Of a stretch of DNA of 64,000 bases, positions 40,929 to 50,180 are shown piece by piece. The translations under genes were made by a program, and so were the position numbers. Numbering within the stretch: the first letter of the stretch is position 1; each line of letters starts with the position of its first letter. A model generated the notes under the pieces. It had not been told where the DNA came from. It was given only the letters and a program-made list of their open reading frames with translations, and made no database searches. The stretch spans positions 19,609 through 83,608 of the forward strand of contig DASRAU010000015.1 in the NCBI GenBank assembly GCA_035638075.1. Reading direction: 5' to 3'. Source of the DNA: Verrucomicrobiia bacterium. Its GTDB lineage: Bacteria; Acidobacteriota; Polarisedimenticolia; Gp22-AA2.

Positions 40929-41935
40929 GCGGGTTTTTCCCCAGGCGGAGGCGCGGCCTCTTCGGGGGCGGCCGGCGCCGCGGGCTTGTCGGCAGGAGCC
41001 GCCGCCGGGGCGCCCTGCAGCCGGACCTTCCAGACCTGGGTCAGCCCGAAGCCGGTCATGCGGCTGCCCCCGATGTCGGTCTTCGCGTCGAGGACGAGGG
41101 CGATCTCCCTCCCGGGCTCGGCTTCGACGCGGATCGGGTCGGCCGCCATCGGGCGCCAGGTCCCCGATCCGCTCTGCTTGCCGGCGAGCATGATGACGAG
41201 CGCGTGCGATCCCGGAGGCAGCGGGACGCCCTCCACCGGCGTGCGATCGAGCGCGATCACCTCGAAGCCGTGCTCCTTGCGCCGCGTCGAGCCGGCGCGG
41301 AAGAGAAGCAGTTCATGTCGCGGGGCCCCCTCGATCGGCGTCCTGCGGTCCCAGTGGTCCGGAACATGATCGCCGCTCGTGCACAGGATGGCCAGCGCCA
41401 GGTCGGAGACCGTGCCCACCTCGGAGTCGTCCGGCCGCGGCGCGCCCTTCGGCAGGGTGGTCAGCGCATAGATCTGCGGCGGGTCCTTCTTGACCGACGT
41501 CTCGTCGAAGGTCAGCGTGATCCGCGCCGGGGTCGGCGTCGCCGCGAGCGGGGCCGGCGCCGGCGCCGCGGCGCCCGGGTGCAGGGGCGCCTCCAGCTGC
41601 CGGCGCCGCATCGCTTCGATCACACGCTCGGTGACTCCCACCCTCTGCAGCTCGGAGACGACGCCCGGATCGAGATCGAAGTCGGCCTTGCGGTTCCTGA
41701 TGGTGTCGAGGATGACCGCTTCGGACGTGCCGTACGCGCTGAGGCGGACGATGTCTTCGTTCGTGAGCGGCGCCGGGTCGGGGGCCGGCACCGGCTTGCT
41801 GCCCGCGGCCAGGAGGAGCGGGCCACCGAGGACGCAGGCGGCGAGCACGAGCAGGACCTTCGCGTTCGACCGCACCGCGGACGCGAAGGCGGCGCACCGG
41901 GCGCGCGGCAACCGGGCCGCCGCCGCGCCGCTCAT
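40925..41935 (-). CDS. hypothetical secreted/membrane-anchored protein
   Basis: N-terminal hydrophobic segment VLLVLAACVLGGPLLLAAG. Pro/Ala-rich linkers. The stop overlaps the patatin start by 4 nt. No recognised domain. Confidence 0.5.
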   Translation of the reverse strand: MSGAAAARLPRARCAAFASAVRSNAKVLLVLAACVLGGPLLLAAGSKPVPAPDPAPLTNEDIVRLSAYGTSEAVILDTIRNRKADFDLDPGVVSELQRVGVTERVIEAMRRRQLEAPLHPGAAAPAPAPLAATPTPARITLTFDETSVKKDPPQIYALTTLPKGAPRPDDSEVGTVSDLALAILCTSGDHVPDHWDRRTPIEGAPRHELLLFRAGSTRRKEHGFEVIALDRTPVEGVPLPPGSHALVIMLAGKQSGSGTWRPMAADPIRVEAEPGREIALVLDAKTDIGGSRMTGFGLTQVWKVRLQGAPAAAPADKPAAPAAPEEAAPPPGEKPA

Positions 41936-42648
41936 CGTCCGGCCATCTCGGCGAGGACGTTCTCGACCGCCTCCAGGGGATCGCGGGCCGCCGTGATCGG
42001 CCGGCCGACGACGATGAAGTCGGAGCCGGCCTCGATCGCCTCGCGCGGCGTCAGCGTACGGGCCTGGTCGTTCTGCGCCGCGCCCGCCGGCCGGATCCCC
42101 GGGGTGACGAGGAGCAGGTTCTCTCCGACCACCTCGCGCAGCCGTCGGACCTCGCGCGGCGACGCGACGATGCCGTCGAGCCCTGCCTGGCGGGCCATCC
42201 CGGCGAGATGGGCCACCTGGTCCTCCACGCTGCGGGTGATGCCGATGGCCGCGAGATCCTCCTGCTCCAGGCTGGTCAGGACGGTCACGCCGAGGATCTT
42301 CGGCCGCGGGTCGCCGTGGATCTGGCAGTGCGCGTCCACCTCGTCCACGACGCGGCGCGCCATCATCAGGCCGCCGGAGAGATGAATGGTGAACATGCCG
42401 ACGCCGAGCCGCGCCGCCTCGACCGCGGCGCGCGCCGCGGTGTTCGGGATGTCGTGCAGCTTCAGGTCGAGGAAGACCTGGCCGCCGCCCTGCAGGATCT
42501 CGCGCACCAGCGCCGGACCGCAGGCGGAGAAGAGCTCCAGCCCGACCTTGAAGCGGCGCGCCTTCGGCCGGAGCGCCGCGACCAGCGACAGCGCCGCGTC
42601 ACGGGTCGGAACATCGAGGGCCACGATCAATCGTTCGGCGGCCTGCAT
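41932..42648 (-). CDS. pyrF: orotidine 5'-phosphate decarboxylase
   Basis: IVALDVPT...FKVGLELF...DLKLHDIPNT are PyrF signature motifs. Confidence 0.85.
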   Translation of the reverse strand: MQAAERLIVALDVPTRDAALSLVAALRPKARRFKVGLELFSACGPALVREILQGGGQVFLDLKLHDIPNTAARAAVEAARLGVGMFTIHLSGGLMMARRVVDEVDAHCQIHGDPRPKILGVTVLTSLEQEDLAAIGITRSVEDQVAHLAGMARQAGLDGIVASPREVRRLREVVGENLLLVTPGIRPAGAAQNDQARTLTPREAIEAGSDFIVVGRPITAARDPLEAVENVLAEMAGR

Positions 42649-42753
42649 GGCGAGGAATTCTCACAGAAGCGCCCGGGGCGTGCAAGGTTCCCCGCAGGTT
42701 GCCAGAGTCCCGGCCGGTGCGGATAATCGTCGCGGGTCCGGTTCGGGAGAGAC

Positions 42754-43284
42754 ATGCGGAAACTCGGAAATTCGTTGGGCTTTCTCGCCCTGGCGCTCCT
42801 CGTCGTGGCCGCCCCGTCGTCCGGCTGCCGCGGCGGGGGCGGGTCGGGAGCGGAGGAGGCGCCTCCTCCCGGCGCGGACGTGAAGGTGATTGCCCACGGC
42901 GAGAAGGTGGACCTCGCGGCGCACCTCGCCTCGGGGAAGACCACGGTGTTCGATTTCTACGCCCCGTGGTGCCCCCCCTGCCGCGTCCTCGGGCCGGCGC
43001 TCGAGCGTCTCGCGGCGGCGCAGCCCGACCGGCTGGCGATCCGCAAGGTGGACATCGTGGACTGGACGACGCCGGTCGTCACGCAGCACGCCATCGAGGC
43101 GCTGCCGCACCTCGTCCTCTACGACGCCACGGGCCGCGTCGTCGCCGACGGCGACAAGGTCTATCCCGAGCTGGAGCGACTGTTCGGCGATGCCGCCAAG
43201 GAGGTCATCCAGGCCGGAACCGGCGAGGACACCGCCAGGCCGGCCGAGGGGACCCGGGCCGCCGACGGCACCCAGGCGCTCTGA
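42754..43284 (+). CDS. thioredoxin-fold lipoprotein (TlpA-like)
   Basis: Lipobox-like signal ...APSSGC. Thioredoxin active site WCPPC in FDFYAPWCPPCRVLGP. Confidence 0.75.
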   Translation: MRKLGNSLGFLALALLVVAAPSSGCRGGGGSGAEEAPPPGADVKVIAHGEKVDLAAHLASGKTTVFDFYAPWCPPCRVLGPALERLAAAQPDRLAIRKVDIVDWTTPVVTQHAIEALPHLVLYDATGRVVADGDKVYPELERLFGDAAKEVIQAGTGEDTARPAEGTRAADGTQAL

Positions 43285-43333
43285 AGGCGCTTCCGGCGCT
43301 CCTGCCCGGGACGCGCTCGGCACCGATTCCTGG

Positions 43334-44272
43334 TTATCCTGCCGTCGTTTCCTGCTCGCGGGCGTTCGGAAGGCGCAGCGTGCCGGTCAGCTCCTGCACG
43401 CGGGGGATTCCGCGGGCGCGGCACCAGGCTTCCATCCCCTCGGCGACGGTGAGGGGCGCGCGCGGGTCGTAGAAATTCGCGGTCCCCACCTGCACCGCTC
43501 CGCTGCCCGCCACCATGAACTCGAGGGCATCTTCCGCCGACGCGATGCCGCCCATGCCGACGATCGGCAGGCGGGTCGCAGCGTAGACCTTGTGCACCAT
43601 GTAGAGGGCCAGCGGCTTGATGGCCGGCCCCGAGAGTCCGCCGACGACGTTGTCGAGGACCGGGCGGCGCCGCTCGAGGTCGACCGCGAGGCCGAGGAAG
43701 GTGTTCACGAGCGACAGGATGTCGGCGCCGGCGTCGGCCGCGGCGCGCGCCGCCTCGCCGATGTCGGTGATGTTCGGCGTCAGCTTGACGAGGAGCGGCA
43801 GGTCGGGCGCCGCCCGCCGCACGTCCGCCACCACCTCGCGGATGAGGACGGGGGAGACCCCGAACGCCAGCCCGCCCCGCTCGGTGTTGGGGCAGGAGAG
43901 GTTCAGCTCGATGGCGTGCAGGCCCTTCGCGCCGTTGAGACGCTTCGCGACCGCAACGTACTCGTCGCGGGTCTCGCCGAAGACGTTGGCGATGACGACC
44001 GTGTCCTTGCCGCGCAGCGCCGGCAGCTTGTCGCTCAGGAAGGCTTCGACCCCGACGTTGGCGAGGCCGATGGCGTTGAGCATCCCGGCGGCCGTCTCGC
44101 AGGTGCGCTGCGGCGCGTTGCCGCGGCGCGGCTTGAGGGAGAGCCCCTTGCTGACGAAGCCGCCGATCGACTCGAGGTCGAAGTAGGGCTGCAGCTCGGT
44201 GCCGTAGCCGAAGGTGCCGCTCGCGGCGAGCACCGGGTTCTTCAGTTTGAGCGGGCCGAGCGTCACCCGCAT
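43334..44272 (-). CDS. pyrD: dihydroorotate dehydrogenase catalytic subunit (class 1B)
   Basis: True start MRVTLGPLKLKNPVLAASGTFGYG. Internal NLSCPNT and GGIASAEDALEFMVAGSGAVQVGTA. Listed ORF 43334..44473 has a spurious N-terminal extension. Confidence 0.85.
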   Translation of the reverse strand: MRVTLGPLKLKNPVLAASGTFGYGTELQPYFDLESIGGFVSKGLSLKPRRGNAPQRTCETAAGMLNAIGLANVGVEAFLSDKLPALRGKDTVVIANVFGETRDEYVAVAKRLNGAKGLHAIELNLSCPNTERGGLAFGVSPVLIREVVADVRRAAPDLPLLVKLTPNITDIGEAARAAADAGADILSLVNTFLGLAVDLERRRPVLDNVVGGLSGPAIKPLALYMVHKVYAATRLPIVGMGGIASAEDALEFMVAGSGAVQVGTANFYDPRAPLTVAEGMEAWCRARGIPRVQELTGTLRLPNAREQETTAG

Positions 44273-44322
44273 GTCCGCGGGCGCCGGCTTCTTCGTCGCG
44301 GCGGCGACCGTCACGGGCTTCT

Positions 44323-45132
44323 TCACGGGCGCACGCTGCCGGCTTCGAAGACCGGGCCTTCGGTGCAGACGCGCGGGTAGGGCGGCACGGCGTTCGGGTC
44401 GGCGGCCGCCACGACGCACCCGAGACAGACGCCGATGCCGCACGGCATCTGCGACTCGAGCGCCAGCTGGCACGGCACGCCGGCCTTCTGCGCCTGGTCG
44501 CCGACCGCCCGGAGCATCGGCGTCGGGCCGCAGACGTAGAGCGTGGGCTTCGGCCCGGGCGCGGCGAGCAGCGGCTCGAGAAGGCTCGTGACGTAGCCGC
44601 GGGTGCCGCGGCTGCCGTCCTCGGTCGCGAACTTCACGTCGAGACGTCCGCGCCCGAAGAGCGGCAGGCCGACGAGGTCATGCGCCGAGCGCGCCCCGAA
44701 CAGCAGCAGCGGCCGGTGCCCGAGCCGCGCCAGCGCCTCGGCTACGAACGGGAAGATGGCGATGCCGACGCCGCCGGCCACGAGGATCTGGCGGGGACGG
44801 GTGGCGTCGGGGCGCCGCGCCGGCAGGCGGAAGCCGTTCCCGAGCGGTCCGAGCATCGCGAGGGTCGCGCCTTTCGGCTGGCGTGACAGCAGGCGCGTGC
44901 CGTGGCCGGTCACCTTGTAGAGGATCTGCAGGCGTCGCGGCGGGCTGCCGACAACACCGCAGACGCTCATCGGGCGTCGCAGCAGCGGGTCGCGCCCGGG
45001 CTGCGCCTGCAGCATCACGAATTGCCCGGGACGGGAGGCGCGCGCCATCCGCGGCGCGTCCAGGGTCAAAAGGAAGTGATCGGAATTCAGCGCGTCGTGC
45101 GACAGGATTCGCGCGGCGGTGTCGAACGGCAT
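44323..45132 (-). CDS. pyrK: dihydroorotate dehydrogenase electron-transfer subunit
   Basis: FAD/NAD-binding (RPMSV, GGVGIAIFPF) and a C-terminal Cys cluster (QMPCGIGVCLGCV) for the [2Fe-2S] centre. Immediately upstream of pyrD on the same strand. Confidence 0.8.
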   Translation of the reverse strand: MPFDTAARILSHDALNSDHFLLTLDAPRMARASRPGQFVMLQAQPGRDPLLRRPMSVCGVVGSPPRRLQILYKVTGHGTRLLSRQPKGATLAMLGPLGNGFRLPARRPDATRPRQILVAGGVGIAIFPFVAEALARLGHRPLLLFGARSAHDLVGLPLFGRGRLDVKFATEDGSRGTRGYVTSLLEPLLAAPGPKPTLYVCGPTPMLRAVGDQAQKAGVPCQLALESQMPCGIGVCLGCVVAAADPNAVPPYPRVCTEGPVFEAGSVRP

Positions 45133-45164
45133 GGACGCGGGACTTTAGCACACCTCCTTGATCT

Positions 45165-46850
45165 TTGGATGACGGCCTCCTACCATCCGCGCGCGTGACG
45201 ACACCGGCGCGTCTCGTCCTGCACGCCGCCCTCGCGGGGCTGTACGCCTCCCTGGCGCTGGTGATCTTCCTGCGCCTCCTGCACCCGGAGGCGTCGCGCG
45301 GCCGGTTCGTCCTCGGCATGCTGCCGGTCGTCGTGGTGTACACGGCGGTCGCGGCGCTCCTGCTGCCGCTGCTCTACGGCCTGCTGCGCTTCTTCGCCAG
45401 CCACCGCCTGCAGGTGCGGCGCTTCAGCCTGCGCTACGGCATGACCTTTCTCGTGGCGGCACTCGCCCCGATGCTGGCCTCGTTCGTCGTCACGCTGTCG
45501 CACGAGCGCCGGGCCATCGACGATCTGGTGACGGACCGCGCCCGGCTCTTCCTGGTGGCGCTCGGCGGCGCCTGGATCTACGCGGGGGTCGTCTGCCTGG
45601 TGCCGCGGCTGAAGCGCAGCCTGGCGTTCCAGGCGTCGGCCGCCGGCGTGGCGCTGGCGGCGCTCCTCGGCCCGGGTTTCGTGTCGTTCCACGACGAGGT
45701 GCCCGCGGCGGGGAAGGGGCCCGAGGTGCTGCCGCTGGCGGCGCGCCGCCTCGTCCTCCTGAACGTGGACGGCGCCGACCTCGAAGACCTGCTCGGTCTG
45801 CAGATGCGCGGGCTGCTGCCGATGCTGTCGCGGCTGCGGCGCGACGGGGCCTACGGACGCCTCGAGACCATCGTGCCGTGCGACGCGGCCGTCGTCCGCA
45901 CGACGCTGGTCACCGGCCAGCTTCCGTGGCGCAGCGGCGTGCGCGGGCCGTTCACGCGCGGGCTCCTCGGCCAGCCGCTCGGGCTGACCATCGTCCCGGC
46001 CGGCCTCGGGTTCGACACCTTCCTGTCCCCGGTGATGTCGCGCCGGCGGCTGACGGTCGAGGACCGCACCGGGCCGGCCCTGTGGGACATCGTCTCGAGG
46101 GCCGGCGGGACCGCGCGCGCGTCGGGCTGGGAGATCGATCTCGATCACCCGGGCGGTCCGGCCATCCCGAACGCCGCGGCGGTGCGGTCCCAGGCCGCCG
46201 AGTTCAGCGAAGGGGAGGGGAACTTCTTCAACCTGCCGATGGGGGCCTCGATGGACCTCGCGCGGGCGCTCGCGGCCGACCAGGTGGCGGCGGCCGGGCT
46301 GTCGGAGACCTTCGTCGGGACCGGCATCGTCGCGGTCTCCCTGCCGGGGCTCGACCGGGTGGCGCACCGGTTCCTGCGGTTCGCGCGTCCGGCCTCGTTC
46401 GGCAACGTCCGCCCGTCGGAGGTGGACGAGTACGGGCACGTGCTCGAGCGTTACTACGTGCGGGTGGATGCGCTCATCGGCCGTGCCCTGGCCCTCGCCG
46501 GGCCGCAGGGCTGGCTCTTCGTCACCTCGGCGCACGGCATCGAGCCGGCGCCGCTGCGCCGCCGCCTGATCCCGTCGGGAGCCGCGCACGACGCCCTGCC
46601 GGGCTCGCACGAGGAGGGGCCGAGCGGCTTTCTCTTCGCCATCGGCCCGGGGGTGCGGGCGGGGCAGCGCTTCGGGCGCGCGGCGCTCGCCGACGTCACG
46701 CCGACGGCGCTGTACCTGCTCGGTCTGCCCATCGCCCGCAATCTCGATGGCCGCATCATCGACGCGCTGCTCGAACCGGAGGAGATCCGCGCCCGCCCGG
46801 CGACGGTGATCGAATCGTACGGTCCGCGCCCGGTGCGGCGGGTTCCTTGA
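45165..46850 (+). CDS. membrane protein with alkaline-phosphatase-superfamily (type I phosphodiesterase/nucleotide pyrophosphatase-like) domain
   Basis: Four to five N-terminal TM helices. LVLLNVDGADLEDL ... VVRTTLVTGQLPWRSGV resembles the NPP/AP-superfamily N-terminus. Confidence 0.55.
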   Translation: MDDGLLPSARVTTPARLVLHAALAGLYASLALVIFLRLLHPEASRGRFVLGMLPVVVVYTAVAALLLPLLYGLLRFFASHRLQVRRFSLRYGMTFLVAALAPMLASFVVTLSHERRAIDDLVTDRARLFLVALGGAWIYAGVVCLVPRLKRSLAFQASAAGVALAALLGPGFVSFHDEVPAAGKGPEVLPLAARRLVLLNVDGADLEDLLGLQMRGLLPMLSRLRRDGAYGRLETIVPCDAAVVRTTLVTGQLPWRSGVRGPFTRGLLGQPLGLTIVPAGLGFDTFLSPVMSRRRLTVEDRTGPALWDIVSRAGGTARASGWEIDLDHPGGPAIPNAAAVRSQAAEFSEGEGNFFNLPMGASMDLARALAADQVAAAGLSETFVGTGIVAVSLPGLDRVAHRFLRFARPASFGNVRPSEVDEYGHVLERYYVRVDALIGRALALAGPQGWLFVTSAHGIEPAPLRRRLIPSGAAHDALPGSHEEGPSGFLFAIGPGVRAGQRFGRAALADVTPTALYLLGLPIARNLDGRIIDALLEPEEIRARPATVIESYGPRPVRRVP

Positions 46851-46932
46851 CAGGGAATCGGCCGGTCCGCTATGCTGCGCGGGCTTTTTCCGGTGATGAG
46901 GACGATGCGAGGCGACAGACCGAGCAGCCCTG

Positions 46933-46957
46933 CCCGCGGCGACGCGGGATTTTTTTT
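46933..46957 (+). terminator. intrinsic terminator / attenuator hairpin CCCGCG-GCGA-CGCGGG followed by ATTTTTTTTG in pyrR leader
   Basis: Perfect 6-bp GC stem with a 4-nt loop and a T8 run, which is exceptional in this GC-rich sequence. Lies ~85 nt after the upstream stop and ~50 nt before the pyrR start. Confidence 0.55.
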
Positions 46958-47008
46958 GTCCGCGAGCCGGCCCGTGACCCGCGCCGCCGGCGCCGGCCGG
47001 AGGCCCGC

Positions 47009-47638
47009 ATGAAGGGGGCATCGCGGGCGGCCGTCATGGACGCTGCCGCCATGGACCGGGTCCTCGCCCGCCTGGCGCACGAGATCCTCGAGCACCATCC
47101 GGACCTCGGCGCGCTGGCGCTCGTCGGCATCCGCACCCGCGGCGTGCCGCTGGCGGAGCGGCTGCGGGCGGTCATCGCGGCGCAGGACGGCCGCAAGGTG
47201 CCGCTCGGCTCGCTCGACATCACCCTCTACCGCGACGACGTCGGGGCCATCGGGGCGCAGGCTCTCCTGCGCGAGACGCGCATCCCGTTCCCGATCGACG
47301 GCCGGCGGATCGTGCTGGTGGACGACGTGCTGTACACCGGCCGGACCATCCGCGCGGCGCTCGACGGACTCATCGACTTTGGACGGCCCAAGAGCATCGA
47401 GCTGGCGGTCCTCATCGACCGCGGCCACCGCGAGCTGCCGATTCACGCCGATTACGTCGGCAAGGCGATTCCCACGCGTGAAGAGGACGAGGTGAAGGTG
47501 CGGTTGCGCGAGTGCGACGGAGAAGACAGCGTCCGCATCGAGGCGCGCGAGGTGAAGGGGGAGTCGAAGGCCGCCGGACCACGCGGACTGGCGCGCCCGC
47601 GGCGCGCGGTGCGATCCCCCTCGAGGAGGCGGCTGTGA
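47009..47638 (+). CDS. pyrR: bifunctional pyrimidine operon regulatory protein / uracil phosphoribosyltransferase PyrR
   Basis: [14 protein letters not shown]...[16 protein letters not shown]...[19 protein letters not shown] (PRPP-binding motif). Start ambiguous between 47009 and the ATG at ~47036/47051. Listed ORF 45878 is extended. Confidence 0.8.
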   Translation: MKGASRAAVMDAAAMDRVLARLAHEILEHHPDLGALALVGIRTRGVPLAERLRAVIAAQDGRKVPLGSLDITLYRDDVGAIGAQALLRETRIPFPIDGRRIVLVDDVLYTGRTIRAALDGLIDFGRPKSIELAVLIDRGHRELPIHADYVGKAIPTREEDEVKVRLRECDGEDSVRIEAREVKGESKAAGPRGLARPRRAVRSPSRRRL

Positions 47639-48702
47639 TGGAAGTCGTGGACGAAGTCGCCCGCCCGGCCCGATCGAAGCGCCGGACCGCCGCGCCCCGC
47701 GTCGTGGCCGTCCCCGGGGCGGCCGCCGGCGTGGCGCGACCCGAGCCGCCCCCCGGTCCGCGCACGGCGCTCAAGGATCGGCATCTCCTCGGCATCCAGG
47801 GGCTCGAGGCGGACGAGATCACCCTGGTGCTCGACACGGCGCGCGTCATGGCCGAGATCGCCACGCGCCCGGTGCGCAAGGTGCCGACGCTGCGCGCCAA
47901 GACGGTGGTGAACTTCTTCATGGAGCCCTCGACGCGCACGCGCTCGTCGTTCGAGATCGCCGAGAAGCGCCTGTCGGCCGACACGCTCAACTTCAGCCCG
48001 TCCACCTCGAGCGTCACCAAGGGCGAGTCGCTCCTCGACACGGCGCGCAACCTCGAGGCGATGTCGCCCGACATGATCGTCATCCGCCACAAGGCGAGCG
48101 GCGCGCCGCACTTCCTGGCTCGGCACTGCCGCTCGGCGATCATCAATGCCGGCGACGGCTGGCACGAGCACCCGACGCAGGCGCTGCTCGATGCCTACAC
48201 CATCCGCGAGCGCAAGGGGCGCCTCAAGGGCCTGAGCGTCGCCATCGTCGGGGACCTCATGCACAGCCGCGTGCTGCGCAGCAACCTGTTCTGCCTGAAA
48301 ACCATGGGGGCGACGGTGCGGCTGTGCGGCCCGCCGACGCTCGTGCCGAGGGGTCTCGACGCCCTCGGCGCCGAGGTGCATCTCAAGGTCGAGTCGGCGA
48401 TCGAGGGGGCCGACGTGGTCATGATGCTGCGCGTCCAGCGCGAGCGGCAGAAGGGCAGCGCCTTCCCCTCGGCGCGCGAGTACTTCAACCTCTTCGGCAT
48501 GACGCGCGAGCGGGTCCGGCTGGCGAAGAAGGACGCGATCATCATGCACCCCGGACCGATGAACCGCGGCGTTGAGATCGACAGCGCCGTCGCCGACGGC
48601 CCGGCCTCGGTCATCCTCGAGCAGGTCACGAACGGCGTGGCGGTGCGCATGGCGGTGCTGTACCTGCTGGCGGGAGGGAGCCTTGGCGAGCTGGCTTCTT
48701 AG
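47638..48702 (+). CDS. pyrB: aspartate carbamoyltransferase catalytic subunit
   Basis: [14 protein letters not shown] (carbamoyl-phosphate binding STRTR), HPTQALLD and HPGPMNRG. Has a ~40-aa Arg/Ala/Pro-rich N-terminal extension if the ATG at 47638 is used. Confidence 0.85.
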   Translation: MEVVDEVARPARSKRRTAAPRVVAVPGAAAGVARPEPPPGPRTALKDRHLLGIQGLEADEITLVLDTARVMAEIATRPVRKVPTLRAKTVVNFFMEPSTRTRSSFEIAEKRLSADTLNFSPSTSSVTKGESLLDTARNLEAMSPDMIVIRHKASGAPHFLARHCRSAIINAGDGWHEHPTQALLDAYTIRERKGRLKGLSVAIVGDLMHSRVLRSNLFCLKTMGATVRLCGPPTLVPRGLDALGAEVHLKVESAIEGADVVMMLRVQRERQKGSAFPSAREYFNLFGMTRERVRLAKKDAIIMHPGPMNRGVEIDSAVADGPASVILEQVTNGVAVRMAVLYLLAGGSLGELAS

Positions 48703-50158
48703 AAACGGCCGCGTCGTCGACCCGTCGCAGGGGCTCGACGGCCCGCACGACATCCTCATCGTCAACGGCCGCATCGCGGAGCTGCGCCCGGTCGGTGCGC
48801 GGGTCTCCGACGCGCCGGGATCGAAGGGGCGCGGCGTCGCCAGGGCGGCGCGCGGCGCGGCGAAGCCGGTGCCCGCGGGTGCGCACGTGGTCGACCTGGC
48901 CGGCCGCATCGTGACGCCGGGGCTGGTGGACATGCACGTCCACCTGCGCGAGCCGGGGCAGGAGCACAAGGAAATCATCGAGACCGGCACGCGCGCCGCC
49001 GCCGCGGGCGGCTTCACGTCGGTGGCCTGCATGCCCAACACCGACCCGGTGAACGACAGCCTGTCGGTGACCGAGTACATCGTGGCCGAGGCGCGCCGCC
49101 GCGGTGCCGTCAATGTCTACCCGATCGGCGCCGTCAGCAAGGGATCGGCCGGGGAGGAACTGGCGGAGATCGGCGACATGGTGCGCGCCGGCGCCGTGGC
49201 GGTGTCGGACGATGGCCGGCCGGTGTCGTCGTCGCACCTGATGCGCATGGCGCTCGAGTACACGCGCCTGTTCGACATCCCGGTCATCAACCACTGCGAG
49301 GACAGGAGCCTCTCCGCCGGGGGCGTGATGAACGAGGGGACCGCCTCGACGCTCCTCGGCCTCAAGGGCATCCCGGCGGCGTCCGAGAGCATCATGGTGG
49401 CGCGCGACCTGCGCCTGCTCGAGCTGACGGGAGGAAGGCTGCACCTGGCGCACCTGAGCACCCGCGCCAGCCTGGACGAGGTGCGCCGCGCCCGGGCCAA
49501 GGGGGCGAAGGTCACCTGCGAGGCGACGCCGCATCACCTCGTGCTGACCGAAGAGGAAGTCGTCCGGTCGCGCTACGACTCCGCGACCAAGATGAATCCG
49601 CCGCTGCGCGCCGAGGAGGATCGCCTCGCCCTCCTGCACGCTCTCGAGGACGGCACCGTGGACGTCATCGCCACCGACCACGCGCCGCACCACGCCGACG
49701 AGAAGCTGGTGGAGTTCGACGACGCGCCGTTCGGCATCGTGGGCCTCGAGACGGCGGTCGCGCTGGTGATGGACCGGCTGGTCCGCCCGGGGCACATCGA
49801 CCTGTCCCGCATGGTCGAGCTGATGGCCCTCAACCCCGCCCGCATCCTCGGGCTGAAGAAGGGGACGCTCGCGGTCGGCGCCGACGCCGACCTCACCGTC
49901 ATCGATCCGGAGACCACCCGCGCGGTCGAGCCCGACCGCTTCGAGTCGCGCTCGCGCAATACGCCGTTCACCGGCTGGAAGCTGCGCGGCTGGCCGGTCA
50001 TGACCTTCGTCGGCGGCCGCCTGGCGCACGACGCGCGCGACGCGGCCGGCCGTGCTCCGCACGCCGCCCGGGAGATGCAGCCGCGCGCCGGCAAGTCCGC
50101 CGCACGCCGGGAGACGCGGACGCGCGCGGGGAAGAACCCCCGTCCCGGCGCGCGCTGA
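48683..50158 (+). CDS. pyrC: dihydroorotase
   Basis: Likely TTG start at 48683 ([14 protein letters not shown]) overlapping the pyrB end. [10 protein letters not shown] metal-binding His pair and DHAPH. Listed ORF 48572 includes pyrB-overlapping codons. Confidence 0.8.
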   Translation: MASWLLRNGRVVDPSQGLDGPHDILIVNGRIAELRPVGARVSDAPGSKGRGVARAARGAAKPVPAGAHVVDLAGRIVTPGLVDMHVHLREPGQEHKEIIETGTRAAAAGGFTSVACMPNTDPVNDSLSVTEYIVAEARRRGAVNVYPIGAVSKGSAGEELAEIGDMVRAGAVAVSDDGRPVSSSHLMRMALEYTRLFDIPVINHCEDRSLSAGGVMNEGTASTLLGLKGIPAASESIMVARDLRLLELTGGRLHLAHLSTRASLDEVRRARAKGAKVTCEATPHHLVLTEEEVVRSRYDSATKMNPPLRAEEDRLALLHALEDGTVDVIATDHAPHHADEKLVEFDDAPFGIVGLETAVALVMDRLVRPGHIDLSRMVELMALNPARILGLKKGTLAVGADADLTVIDPETTRAVEPDRFESRSRNTPFTGWKLRGWPVMTFVGGRLAHDARDAAGRAPHAAREMQPRAGKSAARRETRTRAGKNPRPGAR

Positions 50159-50180
50159 CGCGCACGGCGCGGGTCGACGC

